Assembly (NCBI RefSeq): GCF_000150275.1
Contig: NW_002060948.1
Span: 1,015,983 to 1,079,982, forward strand
From: Trichoplax adhaerens
Taxonomy: Eukaryota; Animalia; Placozoa
Length of the DNA stretch: 64,000 nt
Direction: 5' to 3'
Both the position numbers and the translations under genes were made by a program. Shown piece after piece: positions 55,759-64,000 of this stretch. Under the pieces are notes generated by a model that did no database searches, was not told the DNA's origin, and was given only the letters and a program-made list of their open reading frames with translations. Position 1 is the stretch's first letter. Each line of letters starts with the position of its first letter.

Positions 55759-57529
55759 AAAAACAGACGGGGGACTACGAAAAAAAGGTACAGTCATGGA
55801 TAGACGGATTACCTTACACGGAAGTGTAAAATGGAATACGAGAAAAAAGGAAAAAATAGCTCGCAGTCAGTTCTAGTTACAGTATTTATTTCTAAGAAAG
55901 GTAGAAATTAAAATAGTTCATGGACTATACTGCGTTCTGCTTGATCAACGTCTTCATAGTTTGATCGATACTATTTTCGTCCAAGAATTCGAAATGGTTA
56001 TATTTGCCAGTTATGACGTTGTAGCACCCTCATGATTCAGCAATTTACCCTAGTGTTTGTTCCTTTCATGAAATTGTCAACTTAATTCATTGAGGATAAT
56101 GATACATCGTGTTTATTCATTGATAACAATGCTTGTGTCGCACTTTTATATTCACTCTAAAAGATTGTTGTATATTGATGTAATCTAATCGAAGAACGGC
56201 ATCCATGTTCAAAAAAAAAACACGGATATTATAGAGTATCATTGGATTCTTGAAGCTACTATCTGCTGTTTCATGTCTAATTTACATCAATATTTAATTT
56301 TTTTTACCAATTTCAAGTAGAAAATTTCTCGAATTGAAAAGGGCTGGTACCTTATATACTGTACTGTACATTTGTACAGTAGTAGAGTTCGATTGGAATC
56401 TCGGGATTCGATAAAAAGTACTTTGGCATATACTCTATACTGTGTTATCTACTTTACATTACACTACTAATGACTTTCTGTATAGAATACGTGAATAACT
56501 AAGCTCAGTGAGCATGTTGCATCTCCAAGTACTTGGCAATTCGACGTTGGCACTTGTTAGTTCTGTTGGAACACTAAATCATGCCATACATTTATATCCT
56601 CTCCCTTCTCTCTCCGAGAGTCTTTCTCGTCTATCTCTCACTACATCTTGTGTGTTAACTCCTTGCTGGACTAGAGGAAATGTTACGCACTATACGGTAC
56701 GACACGGTCAATTCAAATTTTAGTGGGTTAGTAAAGATAGTGGTGTCGAGAAATTATTATGTAAAAATGTTCCGTGTATTCGTTGACAGAAGATACACAA
56801 TTAACAGTAAACAATAGCTCCACTACCGGATCATCAATTACCCTATAGTAGTCATTCTGTTACTATAATAAATTATACAGTATTATATCATGTACACTTT
56901 AACGCTAACCCATCATCACTAACTGTGATTCAATTAATTATAAATTCACCGTGGGTACAGTATTTACTTTGCTCTATTTTAATTCTAATTAGTCATGTTT
57001 ATTTATTTATTTATTCATTTTTGTATTTATTTTATTGTGTTGCCTCATCATGCGTTACTGTAGCATTATTTAGAAGTCATTATCACCAGTATCTTAACAA
57101 GGAGAGTCGTCAGCAGTAAATAGTACGAGGAGCATACGGTTATATTGTAACCGCAAATAAAACTATCAAAGTTTTTCCTTCAAGTACCGCCGCTTCGCTG
57201 CCGATATTTTCTGAATTCCCTGCAACTAAAAAAAATATGACGCTCATCATACGTCTATAAACGGAAGTTGCGGTCGTAATTTTGCTGTATGTACTGTTAC
57301 ACCAATTCATGATAACAGTACCAAAAGAGCAAGTGAATCACTCATGTAATGCAGTACTTGCTTTAAAGGTACATCAGCGGCTATTTTTAGTGATGTACAT
57401 ATAACTTGATCATCATAAGAATTAACCAAGTTTACACTATTTCGATCTCATGTTTTTAATTTGGAGAAAAATTCAGCAGCGCGTTTTCCATACTAAATTG
57501 CACATACAGTATTCTAGACATTTTACGCA

Positions 57530-57802
57530 AGTACAGTTGTCCTACGCTACAGTACAACTACTGCAGAGTACAGTGTTGACACTGTTACGACATTTACTGT
57601 GCTGTACAGTGTACAGTACTTAAGCTGGCCACCGTATTTGGCATTACCGTAAAGAGTGCCAGTGAAAATGCGTTTTGACGGTATCAGACTATAGTATTAT
57701 GCACAATTTTAGACTACTGCACATGTACTGTAGTGTACAATGTACAGTAGAGTACTGTACTTTTAGTAGTCCATGATACGGTACCCTGTACAATACCACT
57801 GT
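57530..57802. repeat. Dispersed ACAGT/ACTGT pentamer array upstream of the alpha-actinin ATG
   Basis: Many tacagt/actgta units 130-400 nt upstream of ATG 57929; includes the TTAGTAGTCCATG half-site. Confidence 0.7.
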
Positions 57803-57928
57803 AAAGGAGGATGTGTGAAGCGCATGAAAAGTGACTCCAAGTGCTCTGGTCAGTGGATAGTACGATCGACCCGACAGCTAGCTGAGAAAATTGAAAATTT
57901 CCAACGTTTCTTCTTCCAGTGAATCAAA

Positions 57929-60900
57929 ATGTCTAACAAACCAAGAAAATCCATTCCTGCTTCTGAACAAACTGTTGAGGATGGCGCAACTTTATTAGAT
58001 CCTGCCTGGGAAAGGCAGCAACGCAAGGTAAGTTATACGATGGTCATGCTTGGATAGAATAGCAAGTTTTTGTGTCCTCACAGTCGCCAGATAGCTACCG
58101 TGTCTTTGTTATGCTGAAGCCGTGAGAAAGAGATTTATTGCTTTTTCTTGCTTTCTACTTTGGACTCCTAATGACTGAATGTCTTTCGACATTGAACTGT
58201 TGATATCGATAAAATGATGGCATAAAAAAGTCCATCGTTATAAGATAAAGTAGATGACGTAGTCATATTGTTCTTTCAAGTCGATATAATTGCTCAAAAA
58301 GTATTACATTTCAGTATTTATTGGGTAGAAAACACTCCATAGTCTACAACTTGTAAATAGTCCAGTGTATGCTATTGTCGAGAATGATTGTGATGGCATA
58401 ATAATCTTAATTATTTGAAAAGTGAATTCATAGCTTAAGCCGATAGCTTTTCCAATACTAACCACGGTACAAGCCCGTTTTGATCGATTTTCCTCCAAAA
58501 TACATGCTAGCAAGAGATGATGACTACTGCTATACAGTATACAGTAGTGTACGCGCATTCCCTAATCCCCCGACTGTATACGTGCATTTTTACTTGCTTT
58601 GATTGAGCCGATGAAATAACCAATCGATATAATTGTGCTTGAAGCTGAAGAGTAGTTGGAAAGCATAGTCTTCAAATGATTACTGGAGAAAATGCCGTTG
58701 AAGGCGCTACGCATCTGTGTAAAATGTACTAAGCTGTATATGTTACGAGTTACGGCTTAGGGTTATACACCGTTCCAAATGCAAATGGGAGTACATTATC
58801 TTGTCTCGAACTGGACCATTTGAAAATGGGATCGTGATCGTACGATGCTGTATTATCGCTGTAGTGCAGAGTATTACACTGTAATTTCAATTCACTCCAT
58901 TTTTTATACTAAGTTGATATTTGAAATAGCAACCGTGCTTCCATGCATGATACATAATAGAATCTCCAATCATCATTCTTATGCTACTGAATGATTCGCA
59001 TAGTAAGATGGCACTGGTTTACTACATAATGATACCCTAGTGTTAAATATTTGCATGTATGTATTCATTTTATTGAAATTGTGGAATTAGGTCATTAAAT
59101 TGAAACTTGTAAGTACATTTTTCGCAGCTGGAGCAATCGATTGTAAGTACACGTACAGCAGTACCAGAAATGTTGACAGAATTGGGTATACTTAGACTTA
59201 ACATTGCTTGTAAAGGCAACAGATTGTGTAATGTCTGCACAACTAAAATGAGAATGATGAAATTCGCACTTTTCAGTCACGTCTCATTACTAGCCTATCA
59301 TAAAACATAAGAGACGCGTGATTTTACCTTGATGATGAACGATAACATCAGAGCTATTTACTGTTAATCTGATACTACACTTACCAATCGTTGCGATTGA
59401 ATATATTGTCCATGTATGATTCGGTCACTATATTTTATCAAGTTTTCATATTTGTAAACTATACGATATATTAATTTATACAAAATTTTCAAGCATCAAC
59501 GCCTAATGTGCAGCTATACAGAAATACCTTAACTCAAGTAGTAAATTGAATCAGCTTAATTTTCTATTAAATCTGTTATGATGATACTGTGTATTACATT
59601 GCATTGATGTGCAATTTCTGCCTGGGATAATACAATTCAAAACGTAGTGCACAATTTTCCTTAATTCATCAGCAATTCCGAACTTTTTTTATTCGCATAA
59701 AATGTTATTTTTCACTAACTACACGCCCTCCATTACAGGAAGCCTAGTTGATACACGTAAAGTATTTACTAAGCCAAGTGAGTCCACAATAATAATATTC
59801 AAAACTTATAAATTTCTTTATTAATTTCTAGACCTTCACAGCTTGGTGTAACTCGCATCTCCGTAAAGTTGATATCACTATCAATGAGATTGAACAGGAT
59901 TTACGAGATGGCTTGGCGCTAATTAAATTGTTGGAAGTGATTGCAAGCGAGAAATTGCCTAAACCAGAAAAAGGCAAAATGCGTTTTCACAAAATTGCTA
60001 ATGTAAACAAAGCGCTAAATTTTGTTATAAGCAAAGGAGTAAAATTGGTATCCATTGGTGCTGAAGGTCAGTTTATATTAATTTAATAACTTAAATTGCT
60101 GTTGCAACAATAGTATGCGCGTATATTATGATTATAGAAATGGTAGAATCCGGAATATTATCATACAATTCGAAATCTTAGGTTACTACTTATGAAAACT
60201 CTTAGATTCCCTAAAAATACTATTTAGTGATTAAACTGTACCGTATGCGTGTTTTTATGCAGAAAGTATCGAAAAATCGCTTTTTATAGTAGTAGATATC
60301 AAACTTTGATAGATGCTATGTGCATTAATAGACGCTTCAGGGGAACAGTTTCCATCCTAGTAATAAGTAGGCACTATATCATCATAACTGCTCGCTTTTC
60401 CATTACAGTACTGAATTACACGTAGTGACAGTGTGACACTAGGTGCTTAGCTGAAATACCAGGTTTCAATATTCATACTGTAGGGATAAACTCTTAGTAA
60501 AAGATCTTGTATTCCGTCATTATATACTTTTGAGGTTTATTTTTTAAAGTTGGATGTCGATAAGCATTATCTGAACTATATTACTTTACAAAGACATTTG
60601 AAGCACTTCCTGCTATATATACGCTTCTGCAACACTAACCTAGATTATTTTGATGGTTCACTTGATTAATCATCATGATTAGTTCCTTTATTATACTCGT
60701 AAAATTTTATCAAGTTGAGAGATGTACTGTACACTCAACTTTCATAGCAACAACATTAAAGGAGATATTAACGCATTATATAAAATTAAAACAGAAACTT
60801 ACAAAAAACTACTATCGATAGATGACGATAATTTGAATGCCTTGGATAATGCTAATATTAAACTTATTAGCTTGTCTTATTGTTTAGAAATTGTGGATGG

Positions 60901-63900
60901 CAATCGAAAAATGACCTTAGGCATGATTTGGACAATCATTTTACGTTTCGCTATCATGGACATTGCTGTTGAACGTTAGTAACTGTTTAAATTTTTAACT
61001 GATAGTTCAAATATTGTTTACTACAGCACCAACTTATGACTAACATAGTGTACCAGATGCACTTCAGGTGCAAGAATATTATTCAATCTCGTCTACTGAA
61101 TAGAAGTGCTCTATTGATACATTTATAGAGAGTATTTCTTGATTTTGTTTATAGAAACCTCAGCTAAAGAAGGGTTACTATTATGGTGCCAAAAGAAAAC
61201 CCAGCCCTACAGGAATGTTAACATTCGCGATTTCCATGCTAGGTATGTAACTTACGGTTATGAATATACCTAATAGCAATTGTATCCTTCCTTATAACGT
61301 TTGACTTCTTATAAAATGATATCAATTTTTATATGAAACGTAATCATTTGCATATGTCTTCTTTTGTGATTTATCTGCATTTTCGGTCAAGTTGGCAGAA
61401 CGGTCTAGGATTTTGTGCTCTTATACATAGACACAGACCCGAATTACTCGATTATCATTCACTTGATCCTGTAAGTAGGCGTACACATATTATGTAATTA
61501 TTTTATTATTTTTTTACCCTATCGTAGTATAATTAATTTCTATTTGTACATACATCTGTACCTCCATGTATGTACGTACTGTCTATGAGTATTTATGTAC
61601 AGTATACAATACATAGATAAATCAACCTTACAAGATACCTCTGCATCATTGCATTCGTATCGGATTTTATAGAATATTATGTATTACTACTCATTTATTT
61701 ACTAGTCGACCATCGTGTACTTACTCATTTACTATTGTACTATTATTAACTTATTAATTGAAACTATTAATTACCTTAATGCTTTGGACGTACAAGTCTT
61801 TATGATCAATTTCTCACGACAGTAATGAAATAATCGCATGATATTACACGACCTACTTTGCCGCGTGTATTTATAACAACGGTACTCAATGTGCTACACT
61901 AAATAAGAAAGCTGACAAAGTCTTAAAATCTAGCTAAATTAATACGGAATAAAAGTATGAATCTTAGTTTCCTCCTTTTACTAGGAAAATGCAATTGAAA
62001 ATTTAAACTTGGCTTTTGATGTTGCTGATAAAGCTCTTGACATTCCTCCGATGTTAGACGCTGAAGGTAATGTTTTGCACAATCCTCTGTCAATAAAGAA
62101 AGTATGCCTACTGTAACCCATCAATAGTTTTTATTCATTATTATTAATTAGTGCCATTATTATATCGTTTACAAATTACAATTATAATACTTGCTTTATT
62201 ATCTCGTACACAAACTTGCAAAGTTAATATAACTAATACAATCATTATAGTATGTCTTTAGCAGATTGATCTGTTGTAATGTACCCTTGAATATCATAAA
62301 GCTAGGGAAACACTGGAAAACGACATGATAAAATATTGTGCATTATGAAACTTTTTGCGATTACAGCTGTAGTGGGTTGACGGCATGTTTCATCAAGCAC
62401 ATCATTTTACCCTCAGTTCGTATAGATGTAAAATACTTAGACTGTACAATACTACTATTTCATAATATCGAATGTTTCGCTATATCAATAGCATTATTCG
62501 TGTTATATATTATTCCCACCCGTTCGTCCGCACGATTAAAACGCGAGTTTGATGGTGCATTTGAATTGTAGATGTAATATTGCAGTGAGTCATTTTGAGA
62601 AATTTTATTAGTCTCCCAAAACATACTCAGGAGACTAATGGAACTAAAATTTAAAATAAAGTATGCAGCGTTAAGTATCACTAGTGGAGCTTCTACTAGT
62701 TTCTGTAACGAAGGATGTAATACAGTATTAATTATTTTAATTCTGCAGACAATATTATGCTAAATAGTTGATATGCTTGTACATCGTGCATAGCAATGAT
62801 TTCAATTGTACATAATTTTTGCATAGTAATTAGGATTATAACAGATGATTAAAAACAATGGTTTAAGAATCCAATGTAAAATGATTAATCTTTTTTCACT
62901 TATACAGATATATCAACGAAACCTGATGAACGGGCTGTTATGACTTACGTATCGTCATATTATCACGCCTTTGCCAGCTCTAGCAAGGTTAATAATGATA
63001 CTTTACAGTTAATTATATTCTCAGTTTTCGAGTTACTAATAGCCATGTTATCGCTGTGTTATCTCATTGGCTTTCATATACTCTATAGGCTGAAATGGCA
63101 TCTAAACGTATTGGCAATGTATTAGATGTTACGATGAAGAATGAACAAATGATGGAAGAATATGAATTTCTTTCTTCCGATGTAAAAGCAGTATAGCTAA
63201 AAAGATTCATCTAGATAGTATCATATCTAATTATTGTCGGTCCAGAAGAAAATTAGTAAAGGGGTTATCCCCTTGATACTATTTTTAATTGCAAAGGATA
63301 CCGGGCAAAGATTTTTTAATGCCCCTCCAAACCGAATATCTATTTAAATTACTAAATTAGACGCGTATTTCCTGGCCATTCCTTAAAAGAGTGACTGGAA
63401 ACATACATAATTATATAATCAATACTTGATTACAAATGAACTTTAACACTATCATGGCGAAGCTAACTTTTAACAAACTCTTATCGTAGTTGCTTGAATG
63501 GATAGCTGAAAAGATACCATGGTTATCAAGTAGACCAGAAGATGATAGCATCGAATCGGTTCAAGTAAGATTTTAGTTTTATAACTCAAATAATCTAAAA
63601 TCTTTACCATTGGGCTTCAATGAATCTAACAATGTCATTAATAACGTAATCAGCAAGCACTAGAAGAATTTCGCACGTATCGATCAAGCGAGAAACCGCC
63701 AAAGGCCTCCGATAAGACGCGTCTCGGTATAATATTCAGTGCTCTGCAGACCAGACTTCGCATTGCTAACAGACCTGCATATGCTCCAGGAGATGGAAAA
63801 GTCATCACGGTACTGTAGTTTCATTTTACGGTTACCATGATTAATTGTGTATAGTTAAGTTAGCGCCGATAATTCATACATACATTCTAATAGGATATCA

Positions 63901-63970
63901 ACGATGCCTGGGAAAATTTAGAGCGCGTTGAACGAGAATTTGAAGAATGGATCTACCCTGAATTTAGAAG
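57929..63970 (+). CDS. ACTN: Alpha-actinin, 5' part (CH1, CH2, first spectrin repeat); continues past the window end
   Basis: [12 protein letters not shown]|[12 protein letters not shown]...[48 protein letters not shown]|[23 protein letters not shown]..|[15 protein letters not shown]..|[18 protein letters not shown]..|[17 protein letters not shown]|AEMASKRI...; last visible exon ends ~63970. Confidence 0.97.
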
Positions 63971-64000
63971 GTCAGCAATATTATACTCGACTATTTACTA

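Overview
AT-rich, intron-dense eukaryotic genomic DNA with a metazoan gene set, many ~70-150 nt GT-AG introns and compact divergent gene pairs. This style suggests a basal metazoan, most likely a placozoan such as Trichoplax (inference only). Genes were spliced by eye, in order: a secreted astacin metalloprotease with a C-terminal LamG-like domain (-); an ~7.5 kb ORF-poor spacer; a CXorf65/C22orf15-family gene (+); mitochondrial seryl-tRNA synthetase SARS2 (-) head-to-head with a SPATA7 homolog (+); WDR74/Nsa1 (-) head-to-head with the giant BIR-UBC protein BIRC6/BRUCE (+); a 53-60 aa microprotein (-) head-to-head with FCF1/Utp24 (+); and the 5' part of alpha-actinin (+), which runs off the window end. 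The main discovery candidate is the microprotein. It aligns without gaps to vertebrate mitoregulin (MTLN/MOXI), usually described as vertebrate-conserved. Other notable signals are ACAGT/ACTGT pentamer arrays at promoters, a recurring CATGGACTACTAA inverted-repeat motif including a perfect hairpin, RFX X-boxes upstream of two probable ciliary genes, and a gene neighbourhood matching the human ACTN paralogon. Family assignments rest on recalled protein sequences and motifs, not database searches. Exon limits are manual and may be off by a few nt.
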